This document shows, in pieces, positions 24,903 to 38,009 of a stretch of 64,000 nt of DNA. Made by a program: the position numbers and the translations under genes. Below the pieces are notes generated by a model. It saw only the letters and a list, made by a program, of their open reading frames with translations. It had not been told where the DNA came from and ran no database searches. Each line of letters starts with the position of its first letter. Position 1 is the first letter of the stretch. The DNA comes from Chiloscyllium plagiosum (taxonomy: Eukaryota), in contig NC_057759.1 of NCBI RefSeq assembly GCF_004010195.1, positions 4,928,657 through 4,992,656 on the forward strand. The letters run 5' to 3'.

Positions 24903-26554
24903 TTCTCCTGCTCCTTGGATGCTGCCTGACCTGCTGCGCTTTTCCAGCAACACATTTTCAGCTCAGATTCCTCTGTGCCAAAGCACTCTGAACATTCTTA
25001 CCGTTGAGAGAATGTCGTCTTTTTAATCTTCCATCCTCATACTTACCCACATCAAACTGTCAAATAGTGACCCATTCACCATTCGCATCCTTCCTCAACT
25101 TAATTAAAATTGTACACCACAACAGCCATGTATGGCTGGTCACGTTCAGGTTCCAATTAAAGGTATCCCCCTACTTTGGATAATGGAATAATCAGCACTA
25201 GTAATACTCAGGGAATATCAAGGGTAAATGGTTAGATTGCCAAATATCAGACATAGTCTTTTTTTAAAATCCCTTAAGTAAATAATAGATCTCATGGATG
25301 CTGATGTAAAACTGCTTAGTTTGCATTACTTGTCCTCAAATTCCTGATGTGGATGGCTCCAGTTGTGAATTGCATTTGACCAGGCTGCTATCTTTAGTAA
25401 ACGCCTCAATTCCTGCTTTACTGCTGGCTGTACATTTACCCATTCACTAGGAGGTATATTCTCTGTTTCTACGGGGATAACACTTGAGAACGGAAGTGAG
25501 GAGGAACATCGTCAGCCTGAGCGAGGGGTGGGGGGGGGGGGGGGGGGTGAATCTGGGGAACTCATTGCTGCAGAGAGTTATGGAGACCAAGTCAGTGAGT
25601 GTATTTAAGACAGAAATAAAGAAATTTTCGATTGATCTGGGGATTAAGATTTATAAGGAATTGGCAGGAGAAAGGTTTCTCAAACCCAATCAGCTAGGAT
25701 TGAATGGCAGAGCAGAATCGATTATCTAAAAGGATTAATTCTACAACTATATCTAATGGACGGTCATTCTTATGGAAATTCATGTGACTCCTTCCCCAAA
25801 ATAACCAGCTCTACACTGGATTTGCTTATTTTCTGCTCATTTATTTGACTTTCATTTCAAGCCAATCCCTGTTCTATGATATAGTCACGGGACATTCTCT
25901 CGAGTGTGAACAGTTAAATGTATACAGGAACCTGGGCTCCATTCAGAAGATACTTTCACAATGTTAGCAGGATGCCCATAAGCTTACACTTCCCCATGCA
26001 TTCCATATGTATTATGGCAATTAATTGTTCTTTTGTTAACTTCCTGCAGGGGAACGCAAGGATCTAACAAAACGTACTGTTCACGTCTCCACAAAAGGAG
26101 TATAATGATCGAAGTGGGAATCAGTTCAATTGAAGTTTCTAATGTGTCTCCAGAAGATGGTTTACAGCGTGTGCTTTCTGGTAGTTGTTCCACACCAGTG
26201 CCATCTTTCATGCTGCTCCTTCCCTCTCTCTCATACACATTCAGGAAACTGCGAAGCTTCTCATCCAATGGTGAGAGAGGGCCTTCAGTCCATTGAATTT
26301 GTACTGCCAAGTACCGTTATAAATACAGCAGTACAACTTCACAGTCCATTGACTCGGATTATTAATGTCCTTCAGGGGAAGGATTTAATCTAGAGCACCC
26401 TAGCTGTGACTCCAAACTCAAACATTGCACGTTCATCCTAACTAGCCCTCTGGGCAATTTAGAATGGGCAAATTTGCAAGGAACATCAATCCATAAATAA
26501 TATTAGTTTTTATTTACATCAGGTAATTAGACAGGTTTAGCTAAGAATTACAAA

Positions 26555-27880
26555 AGAGAAAGTGGGGACGGCAGATTCTCGAAGTCAAAATCGAAAACAG
26601 TCGCACTTGTAAAACAGAGCAGGTCAGGCAGAATCCGAGGAGCAGGAGAATCGATTTTTCCAGCATAAGCCCTTCATCAAGGATGTGTTTGGGGGGAGGG
26701 GAAGAAGGGTGTTGAAAGACAAATAGTGGGATGGGAGTGGCGATAGTAGTTAGGTAGCTGGGAAGGTGATAGGAGGTGCAGGTGGAGGGCATGATGGTGA
26801 TAGGTTGTAAGGGAGGGTGGAGTATATAGGTGGTAAGGAAGAAAGATGGACGGGTAAGACAGTTTAAGACGTCGATGCCAAGTTGGATTGTTGGATCTGT
26901 GATAAGATGGGGAACATTAGGAAACTAGTGAATTAAATGTTGAGCCCCAATGATCGTCGGGTCCCAAAGCGGAAGATGAGGCGTTCTACCACCAGTCATC
27001 GTGTGGCTTGGATTTGGCGGTACAGGAGGCCAAGGATTTGCATGTCCTTGGTAGAGTGGGAGGAGGAGCTGGAGCAATCAGCCAGAGGTCGGTGGGGTTG
27101 TTTGGTGCGTGCTTCCCAGAGGTGTTCTGTAAAACTTCAAGCGACTTGAGGAGACCACATCGAGAACACCAGAGTAGATGAGGTGTGTGGAGCTCCAGGA
27201 AAGTATCTGCTGGATGTGGAAGGATCGTTTGGGGCGTAGGATGAAGGTGAGGGGGGAGTGCAGGCACAAGTTTTACAACTCTTGTGTTGATAAAGGAACT
27301 TGCCAGGTGGAAAGGTTGGGTTGATGAGGCGTGTAGACCTATCAAAGGAGTCATGGGGGGAATGGTCTCTTCGGATCCCAGGTAGGTGTGGGGAGTGAAT
27401 TCTATCTCTGGTAGTGGAGTCTGATTGTAAGTGGCAGAAATTGCGCTGTTACTAGGCCTTAATGGTGTGGAAGGTGAGGACAAGAAGATCTATCCTTGTT
27501 GTGGTTGGCGGGCAAATGTTCAAGGACTGAGGTGCGGGAAGGGGAGGAGATGCGCTGGAGGGCAATGTTGACCACATGGGGGTAATTGTGGTCCTTGACA
27601 TCGGAGGCTATCTGGGATGCCCTGAGGTGGAATTGATTCTCCTTGGAGCAGATAAGGTAGAGGTGGAGGAATTGGGATTAAGGGATACTGTTTTTACAGT
27701 GGGGTGTGTGGGAGGAGGTGTAGTCTCGGTAGCTGTGTGAGTCGGTGGGATTGAAGTCGATGTTTATTTTGAGTTGCTTGATGGACATGGAGACGGAGAG
27801 GTTTAGGCAGGGGAGGGAGGTGTCTGAGATAGTCCAGGTGAACTTGAGGTCAGGGAGGAGTGTGTTTGCGAAGCTGAAGA
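26555..27880 (-). mobile_element. Penelope-like element, degenerate RT C-terminus and GIY-YIG endonuclease region with terminal repeat
   Basis: Minus translations LKFTWTISDTSLPCLNLSVS...PTDSHSYRDYTSSHTPHCKNSIP and CSRCGLL; terminal repeat with tgatgaagggcttatgc motif. Confidence 0.8.
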
Positions 27881-29403
27881 GCCCTACACCTGCTCCTATG
27901 TCACTGTATCTGTGTTTCCTCAGATACAGTGACAAATGAAGAACTCTTGGCATAGCATTGTAGCAGAAACACTACCAGGCAGATCTACAGCAACTCCTCA
28001 ATAAGAGTGTGATTTAATGTGCTCTAAGCATGCTGTAATAGACAATTCAGCAGTAACATGTCCAGGTGCCAGTGAGAAGTATTTCTCTTTCTTCACTCAC
28101 GGGCAAAAGGCACTTTTCACTGCGTTTAACCTTTGCTCTGAAAAATGTCTGTGTTTTTCTTTCCTAACATGAGCGTGCTCTTGCGAAGGAGGCACGTGGA
28201 CACTGGGAGCTAACTTGTGGTTGAAGTGGATGAACCACGACGGAAATAGATGGAAATAGGGTTACAACAGTCACACGGAAACAGATGGGATTGGTTTTGG
28301 TGGACGTACATCCCTCCGCAGATTCCTGAGTCACAGAGCCAGAGAGCATGGAAACAGACCCTTCAGTCCAACTCATCCATGCTGGCCTGGTTTCCCCAAC
28401 TGAACTAACCCGTCTCCCATTAACTGTGAGAGTCCTGCTTTGGTTCATTTAACCAAAATGCAACACCTCACATTTATGTGATTTGAAATTCCATCTGCAA
28501 TTCCTCGGATGGTTGGCTTATTTTGTCGCAGTCTTCACTGTCCACCACGTTTCGAGTTACCTTGCAAGCTTCTTCAGCCAACGAGGATTAAAGCTTCCTT
28601 CTCAGCCAAATCCATGTTTGCTTTTGGTAGTTAGATGAGCTGAAACCACACGCACAGCGAAAATATACTGTAGTCAAGTAGTCAGGTTTCGTTTGACAGG
28701 GTTAATATTTATTTTTAGATCAATAAATGGTTTGTGTTATGTTTCGACCTGGAATCCAAAACCATGAAATACTTGAGGACAGTGTGTGTACCCATATGAT
28801 GGTTATGTTTCATTTCATGGATATTTCTGCTCTTTTTCTGTTGATGTTCTTTCGACAGAATGTACAGATCACCTCCTGCTATCCTGGCAACAGCTGCAAG
28901 GAGAGAAAAGAGCTGATGTTTCGAGTCTAACTGACCCTTTGTCAAAGATAAAAGAAGGGAGAAATGTGGAGGTATTTATACGAGGCTGAGGGAAGGTGAG
29001 TCATGGCTCCAGAAGCAAAGGTAGCAATAAAGAGGTGCACAGAGAGATTATAGGAAGATTAGGAACTGTGAATGACCAAGGCTGAAGCCAGTGCTATGTG
29101 ACAAAATATGTGAGGGATGGAGGGGATGGGTGAAGCAGAGGCAAAATGGAAAACAAGTGAATCAACATTGAATTCAACAACTTCAGATCATTATCATCTC
29201 GACCCCTCTGTTTTCATTCTGCTCCGTAATTTTATTTCATTTATTTTATTTATCATTTTAAAATATTTTTTTCACTGTTCTGTACCTTTTATTTCTTGAT
29301 TGTCTCTCTTTGTCTCGCTCCCCTCTCTCTCATCACCTTTTTCCTCTCTTCTTCCCCCTTTGCTATCCTTCTCCCCTGTTTTCCATTTTGCCTCTGCTTC
29401 ATC

Positions 29404-32400
29404 CATGTGGGAGTGGGGCCAGCAAGAGGTGATTGCCACACATTGGAACCAATGATATCGGAAGGAAAATGTTGAGATTCTGAAGGGAGATTACAGAGTG
29501 TTAGGCACAGATTTTAAAAGGAGGTTCTCAAGGAGAGTAATATCTAATGACGGCAGGAATTAGGAGGATAGAGCAGATGAATGCATGGTTGAGGAGCTGG
29601 CATATGGATCATTGGAATCTTTTTTGGGGGTAGAAGTGACCTGTACAATAAGGACGGATTGCACCTAAATTGGAAGGGGACTAATATACTGGAAGAGAAA
29701 TTTGCTAGAACTGCTCGGGACGATTTAAACTAATAAGGTGGTAGGGGAAGCCTCACTGTGAGGAAAGAGATCAAATCTGAGACTGGTACAGTTGAGAACA
29801 GAAGCGAGTCAAATAGTCAGGGCAAGCAGGGACAAGGTAGGACTAGTAACTTAAACTGCATTTATTTCAATGCAAGGGGCCAAACAGGGAAGGCAGATGA
29901 ACTCAGGGCACAGTTAGGAACATGGGACTGTGATATCATAGCAATTACAGAAACATGGTTCAGGGATGGGCAGGGCTGGCAGCTTAATGTTCCAGGATAT
30001 AACTGTTACAGGAAGGATAGAAAGGGAGGCAAGAGAGGAGGGGGAGTGACATTTTTGATAAGAGATACCATTACAGCTGTGCCAAGGGAGGACATTCCCG
30101 GAAATACATCCAGTGAAGTTATTTGGGTGGAACTAAGCAATAAGAAAGGGATGATCACCTTATTGGTATTGTATTATAGGTCCCCTAATAGCCAGAGGGA
30201 AATTGAGAAACAAACTTGTAAGGAGATCTCAGCGAACTGTCAGAATAATAGAGGGGGTATGGTAGGGGATTTTAACTTTCCAAACATAGACTGCCATAGT
30301 GTTACGGGTTTAGATGGAGAGGAATTTTTTAAATGCATACAAGACAATTTTCTGATTCAGTATGTAGATGTACATACGAGAGAAGGTGCAAAACTTGACC
30401 TACTCTTGGGAAATAAGGTAGGGCAGGTGACTAAGATGTCAGTGAGGGAACACTTTGGCGCCAGCGACCATAATTCTATTAGTTTTAATATAGTGATGGA
30501 AAAGGATAGACCAGATCTAAAAGCTAAAGTTCTAAATTGGAGAAAGGTCAATTTTGACGGTATTACACAAGAAATTTCGAAAGCTGATTGGAGGCAGATG
30601 TTTGCAGGTAAAGGGACGGCTGGAAAACGGGAAGCCGTCAGAAATGAGATAACGAGAATCCAGAAAAAGTTTTTTCCTGTCAGGGCGAAAGAAAAGGCTG
30701 GTAGGTATAGGGAATGCTGTTTGACTAAAGAAATTGAGGGTTTGGTTAAGAAAAAGAAGGAAGCATATGTAAGGTATGGACCGGATAGATCGAGTGGATC
30801 CTTAGAAGAGTATAAGGGAAGTAGGAGTATACTTAAGAGGGAAATCAGGAAGACAAAAAGCGGACATGAGATAGCTTTGCAAATATAATTAAGGAGACTC
30901 CAAGGAGTTTTTACAAATACATTAAGGACAAAATGGTAACTAGGGAGATCAGCAAGGCGGACTTTGTGTGGAGCCACAGAAAATGGGGGAGATACTAAAT
31001 GAGTATTTTGTATCAGTATTTACTGTGGAAATGGATATGGAAGATATAGACTGTAGGGAAATAGATGGTGACACCTTGCAAAATGACCATATTACAGAGG
31101 AGGAAGTACTGGATATCTTGAAATGTGTAAAGGTGGATAAATCACAGAAACTGATCAGGTGTGCCTGAGAACTCCGTGGGAAGCTAGAGAAGTGATTGCT
31201 GGGCCTCTTACTGAGATATTTGTATCATCGATAGTCACAGGTGAGGTGCCGGAAGACCGGAGGTTGGCAAACGTATGCCACTGTTTGAAAAGGGCGTTAA
31301 AGCCAAGCCGGGGAATTATAGACCAGTGGGCCTGACCTCGGTGGTGGGCAAGTTGTTGGAGGGAATCCTGAGGGACAGGATGTACATGTATTTGGAAAGG
31401 CAAAGACAGAATACGGATAGTCAACATAGCTTTTTGCGTGGGAAATCATGTCTCAGAAGCTTGATTGAGTTTTTTGAAGAGTTAACAAAAAGGATTGATG
31501 ATGGCAGAACAGTAGATGCGATCTATATGGACTTTAGTAAGGCGTTCAATAAAGTTCCCATGGGAGACTGATTAGCAAGGTTAAATCTCATGGATACAGG
31601 GAGAACTAGCCATTTGGATAGAGAACTGGCTCAAAGGTAGAAGGCAGAGAGTGGTGGTGGAGGGTTGTTTTTCAGACTGGAGGCCTGTGACCAGTGGAGT
31701 GCCACAAGGATCGATGCTGGGTCATTTACTTTTTGTCATTTACCTAAATGATTTGGATGCGAGCATAAGAGGTACAGTTAGTAAGTTTGCAGATGACCCC
31801 AAAATTGGAGAAGTAGTGGACAGCGAAGAGAGTTACCTCATATTACAACAGGATCTTGACCAGATGGGCCAATGGGCTGAAAAGTGGCAGATGGAGTTTA
31901 ATTCAGATAAATGCGAGGTGCTGCATTTTGGGAAAGCAAATCTTAGTTGGACTTATACACTTAATTGTATGGTCCTAGTGAGTGTTGTGGAACAAAGAGA
32001 CCTTGGAGTGCAGGTTCGTAGCTCCTTGAAAGTGGAGTCGCAGGTAGATAGGGATAGTGAAGAAGGCATTTGGTATGCTTTCCTTTATTGATCAGAGCAT
32101 TGAGTACAGGAGTTGGGAGGTCATGTTGCGGCTATACAGGACATTGGACAGGCCACTGTTGAAATATTGCATGCAGTTCTGGTCTCCTTCCTATTGGAAA
32201 GATGTTGTGAAACTTGCAAGGGTTAAGAAAAGATTTACAAGGATGTCGCCAGGCTTGGAGGATTTGAGCTATAGGGAGAGACCTAACAGACTGGGGTTGT
32301 TTTCCCTGAAGCATCGGAGGCTGAGGGGTGACCTTATAGAGGTTTATAAAATCATGAGGCGCATGAATAGGATAAATAGACAAAGTCAGTTCCCTGGGGT

Positions 32401-32710
32401 GGGAGAGTCCAGATCGAGAGGGCATAGGTTTAGTGTGAGAGGAGAAAGATATAAAAGAGACCTAAGGGGCAACGTTTTCACTTAGAGGATGGTACGTGTA
32501 TGGAATGAGCTGCCAGCTGTGGTGGAAGCTCGTACAATTGCAACATTTAAAAGGCATTTGGATGGGTACATGAATAGGAAGGGTTTGGAGGGATGTGGGC
32601 AGGGTGCTGGCAGGTGCGACTAGATTGGGTTGGGATATCTGGTCGGCATGGACGGGTTGGACCGAAGGGTCTGTTTCCATGCTGTACATCTCTATAGCTC
32701 TATGACTCTA
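29404..32710 (+). mobile_element. Near full-length HER1/CR1-clade LINE, degenerate
   Basis: ORF1 esterase-like remnants (HIGTNDI, DGLHLNWKGT). ORF2 APE endonuclease (CIYFNARG, IAITETW, GDFNFP, SDHN) and RT (YMDFSKAFNKVP, GVPQGS, KFADD), broken by frameshifts. The 3' tail resembles the HE1 tail. Confidence 0.95.
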
Positions 32711-33464
32711 ACTGAGTGGAGAGAGGCGTCAAATAGTTTCGGTTGTAAATGGAAGCTGTGAGTATGGATTAGGTAATTGGAATAGACCTAATGTTATATT
32801 TAATTGCATGGAATGTTGACAGGAGAATGTATTTTATTTGTGCAAGGTATTGAAGGGTGCGAGAAATGAGGAAGATATTAAGCGGTGGTAGGGGTGGAAT
32901 TACATGTTTGAAAATTAAAGTTTACAGGGACTGAGAGGGAGATTGGGATTAGACTGCTTGGGATTGCATATGATCTGGAGATTGTGACGGCAAAGTGGGA
33001 TTAGGGTTGTCTATTGGATTTACCTATTCCCTTTTCCCCTCTCATAAACAGCCACATTCACTGATGTTCCCGACCTCTAACCTGAAGAGAGGTATTTGTT
33101 CTGAGAGGACTCTGGCTCTCATATTGACGAGAGGTGACATAGAGGCGGAATAATCCGAATTCATAAGGGTCCTCACCATCCATGGATCCAGACAAACCTT
33201 CCAGGTGCAGCAGTGATCTACCTGCACTTCGCTTATACTGTTATTTGCTGCTCACATTCAAGTTTTCTCCACTCTGGGGAAACGAAACACAGATTGGTCG
33301 ACTGTTTTGTGGAACACATACATTCTGTCCATAAAATTCATCTCAAGCTTCCAGTAGCGTTTTCCATCAAAACCCCACCATGTTCCATCCCGACGTACAT
33401 CTGAGTGGATTGCTGCAGTGCTACAGAGAAGCCCAAAGCAAGCTGGAAAAACAGCAGCTCACGG

Positions 33465-34330
33465 AGTCATACAGACAGACAACATGGAAACAGACTCTAT
33501 GGCCCTACCAGTCTATGCTGATTATAATCCCAATATAAACTTGTCGTAGCTGCCTGCTCCTGGCTCATAACCCTCCAAACCTGTTTTAGTCATGTATCCG
33601 TTGATACGTCTTCCAAACATTGTAACTGTATCCGCATCCAGCACTTTCTCAGGAAGTTCACTTCACATGTGAACCATTCTTTGTGTAAAGACGTGCTCCT
33701 CATTTTTTTTTATAAATCTCTCACGTCTCACCTTAAAAATGTGCTCCTTCGTCTTGAAATCCCCAATTCTAGGGACAAGACGCTGACCATTAACCCTATC
33801 AGTACCTGTCATGATTTTATAAATTTCTGTAAGGTCACCTCTCAACTTCCTATGTTCCAGTGAAAAACAATCACTGGACAAGCTTTCCATTCCTGGCAGC
33901 ATCCTTGCATAACTCTTCGGACCCCTCTTCAGCAAGTAATAAACTCCCTGTAACTTGGAATCCAGAACGGACACACTACCGTGGAAGAGGTCTCACCAAT
34001 GTTCTGTACAGCCTCAACACGTAGTGAGAAGTGATGTATGGAGTAAGAGGAGATAGGAGAAGAGCTAAATGAATATTTTTCGTCATATTCTCACTAAAAG
34101 AATAAAATGCTGTTGAGGAGAATACTGATATAAAAGCTACTAAACTCAAAGAGGTGAGAAATGATGGCAAGCGTGCTAAGGCCTTTTAAACCAGCATATG
34201 TATATGTGACACCAGCTTCGAAGAATTATGTACCTGTACTCCTAGGTCCCTCTGATCTTCAAAGCAACGGAAGGAACTACCATTAATTGTGTGAGTTCCA
34301 CACTTGTTTGCCATACCAAAACGTAATGCT
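33465..34330 (-). mobile_element. CR1 LINE 3' fragments
   Basis: Translations FSLEHRKLRGDLTEIYKIM and EDQRDLGVQVH. Confidence 0.75.
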
Positions 34331-34759
34331 TTTCTTGGAGATCCTGAACTTAATATCAAGTTTAATAATTTCCGATACATTTCCTTCCATGTCATTTACC
34401 CAGCCCCCACACGCCAGGACGGTCACGACATCAGATGCCTTCAGCACAGCCGACCCATTTTCAGTCACTGATTGCCCACACTATCAGCTTTTACTCTTCC
34501 AAAGGCTGACTATTTATTATGCCTTTGTCCTTTAGAAATATGCTCGCTGTTTCGGTTTTGTCACTGAGTTACTTGTCAGCCTTTCTCCCCTCCCCCTCCC
34601 ACTAGCAAACCAGACTTGCTGAGTACCTCCAGTTGGTGTTGCTCTTGTTTCAGAACTTAAAAATCTCCAGTTAGCAGTAGGATATTATTGGATTGTCTAT
34701 TCTGGAAAGATTAGTGTTGGAAGATCAATTCTCAAGGTTATATATCAGTGCATTGATAA

Positions 34760-35550
34760 AGTCTTTCTACGGGTATATCAGAAATAAAAGAATGACAAGA
34801 ATCAGATTAGCACCAATCAAGGATCGTAGTGAGAAGTGATGTATGGAGTAAGAGGAGATAGGAGAAGTGCTAAATGAATATTTTTTGTCATATTCTCACT
34901 AAAAAAATAAAATGCTCTTGAGGAGAATACTAATATAAAAGCTACTAAACTAGATGGGATCGAGGTTCACAAGGATGAGGTGTTAGCAATTCTGGAAAGT
35001 GTGAAAATAGAGAAATCCCTTGGGTCGGATAGGATTTGTCCTCGGATTCTCTGAGAAGCCAGGGAGGAGATTGACGAGCCTTTGGCTTAGATCTTTGTGT
35101 CGGCATTGTCTACAGGAATAGTGCCAGAAGACTGGAGCGTAGCAAATGTTATTTCCTTGTTAAAGAAGGGTAGTAGAGATAACCTCGGTAATTATAGACT
35201 AGTGAGCCTCACGTTGGTTGTAGGTAAAGTGTTGGAAGCGTTATAAGATGTAGGATTTATTATCATATAGTCAGGAATAAGTTAATTAGGGATAGTCAAC
35301 AAGGCTTTCTGAAGGGTAGGTCGTATCGCACAAACTTTATTGAGTTCTTTGAGAAGGTGACCAAAGAGTTGTGGTTGATGTGGTGGATATGGACTTCAGT
35401 AAGGCGTTTCATAAGGTTCTGCACGGTAGTCTATTGCACAAAGTACGGAGCCAGGGGATTGAAGGTGATTTAGTGGTTTGGATCAGAAATTGGCTTGCAG
35501 AAACAAGACTGAGGGTGTTTGTTGATGGCAAATGTTAATCTTAAGTTCCG
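34760..35550 (+). mobile_element. CR1 LINE RT fragment
   Basis: Translations PEDWSVANVISLLKKG, NYRLVSLT and DMDFSKAFHKV. Confidence 0.8.
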
Positions 35551-37146
35551 TTACTATCACCAGGAGAAAGTGAGGACTGCAGATGCTGGAGATCAGAGCT
35601 GAAAATGTGTTGCTGGAAAAGCGCAGCAGGTCAGGCAACATCCAAGGAGCAGGAGAATCGACGTTTCGGGCATGAGCCTGAAAGAAGGGCTCATGCCCGA
35701 AACGTCGATCTCCTATCACCAGGGACACAGCTTGAGGGGTTATAGATATATGACAGATGTCAGAGGTACTTTCTTTACTCAGAGAGTAGTGGGAACGCAG
35801 AATGCACTGCCTGCAGCAGTAGAAGACTCACCAACTTTAAGGACATTTACGTGGTCATTGGATAACACGTGGGTAAAAACAATGACTGCAGATGCTGGAA
35901 ACCAGATTCTGGATTAGTGGTGCTGGAGAGCACAACTGTTCAGGCAGCATCCAAGGAGCAGTAAAATCGACGTTTTGGGCAAAAGCCCTTCATCGAGAAT
36001 AGAATAGTGTAGGTTAGATGGACTTCAGATTGGTTTCACAGGTCGGCACAACATCAAGGTCTGAAGGGCCTCTACTGCTCTGTAGTGATCTATGTTCTAT
36101 GTTGTATACAGGTATTTATGGTCTCATGCGATGATTGCTTTCCTCTGTTTATTGGGGAGGGAGATAATCAAATCATCTGGTTCAGTTTCATCCTTTCAGT
36201 AAGGAAATCTGCTCTCCATACCTTGTATAATCTATCTATCCCTGAGGATTTGAAATTCTTATGAATTTCCTACTTTGCTCAGAGATTGCACACATCTGGA
36301 GCAAGTGGGGCTTGAACACACGCCTTCTGGATTATAGGTACGCATGCTACAATTGTGTCATTAGAGCGTGTCTTTAAATTTCATGCTCAACTACACATTT
36401 AGGGGTTGGATGGAAAGTATGGCTTAGCCAGTGACACACATACAACCCATGAGCGTATTTAATATATATGTATATATATATGTATATAATATATATATAT
36501 TAAAGGTTCATATGTGGTGCATAAACTAAATAGCATCGTTTTAAAATGGCTGCTGGAAATTAATTTCAAATAAATTTCCATCTACTCAAACACCAGCAAG
36601 TATCTGAATACTATTATCCCATTTTTTAATTCATAACTTCAGACACAGCTTGTCACAATATAGCATTCGTTGGTGAACTTACCATAAACTGGTTCATTTC
36701 AGAGAAAAAGGTTACTTTGGTCACGCAATGTGTCAACTGAACAAAATGACTAGAACTAGTTCTGGTAGTTAGAAGCGCTTAGGACATCAGAACAGTCTCA
36801 AGACTGCATGAGGAGTATCTTTGAGGGTGAGCGGAATTTCTTTGAAACACTTTGAAATATTTTCGCAAAAGGAAATTGGAGGGGCTAATTTCTGGATTAT
36901 TTCCAGAGAAAAATTACAGAAACTTAGAAAGTAAGAGCTGGAGGAGGCAACATGTCCCCTTAAGCCTGATCCACCATTCAGCAAGATCAAGGCTGATCAT
37001 TGACTTCAACACACTGCCGTCAATTCCCCTTCCCCTCTCAAACCCATCAGCGATATACCATGGTACCTTTAGACACAACAGTTACATTCATATCCTTCTT
37101 CAAAACACACAATGCTTTCCCCCCAGCTACTTTCTGAATTTTTTTT

Positions 37147-37430
37147 TAGATTACTGACAGTGTGGAAACAGGCCCTTCGGCCCAACAAGTCCGACCCGCC
37201 GAAGCGCAACCCACCCATTCCCCTACATTTACCCCTTTTACCTTACACTACGGGCAATTTTGCATGGCCAATTAACCTGACCTGCACATCTTTGGACTGT
37301 GGGAGGAAACCGGAGCAGACACAGAGAGAACGTGCAAACTCCACACAGTCAGTCGCCTGAGTCGGGAATTGAACCTGGGTCTCTGGCGCTGTGAAGCAGC
37401 AGTGCTAACCATTGTGCCACCGTGCCACCA
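37147..37430 (-). mobile_element. HE1-type SINE
   Basis: Reverse complement of 18616-18928. Confidence 0.9.
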
Positions 37431-38009
37431 ATGAAGTAGTGAATGCGACAAGGTCAACACTCTCTGTGCGAAGACATTTCTCCTCCTCTAAATTCTAAAA
37501 GTATAATCACTCCCTCGGTCATCGAGAATGTCTTTCCTGCATCCAACCTATTGCCCCTCTTAGAATTTTAAAATTTCTATGAGAAGCCGCCCTCTCCCTC
37601 GTTCTTCTTTGCTCCCGTGAATATAACCCATACTGGCTCAATCTTTCCTCATCTGTAAGTCCAAGCACTCCAGGAATTAGTATGGGAACCTTTTACTGCA
37701 CTCTCTTTGTCGTAACAACACCCTTATTTAGATGGATGTCAAAGCTATACATAATATTCATGGGTGACCAATGAAGCAAGACATGCTTGCTATGAAGGCA
37801 AGGATACAGTTTGCTTTCTTTCTTATCTGTTGCACCTGCAATGCATACTTTCAGTAACTTATATACAAGCCTGTTTTAACATTCCACTCTCTGCTCACAG
37901 CCAATCAGATAACAATCTGTTTTCCTATTTTTGCAGCCAGATTGCGCACCTGCTTTTGCTGTCAAATATATCCAGAATTTAAATACGATCTGTCAGCACG
38001 TACTTGACA

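Noticed and set aside
28170..28330. Unique GC-richer segment with RRRHVDT, reminiscent of a glucagon-family processing site
   Set aside because: In-frame stops, no AG acceptor, and no further family residues.
29758..30888. 376-aa ORF, the longest in the window
   Set aside because: It is the APE endonuclease part of the CR1/HER1 LINE ORF2, not a host gene; the downstream RT is frameshifted.
30357..30977. 206-aa hydrophobic minus-strand ORF
   Set aside because: Antisense shadow of the purine-rich LINE ORF2.
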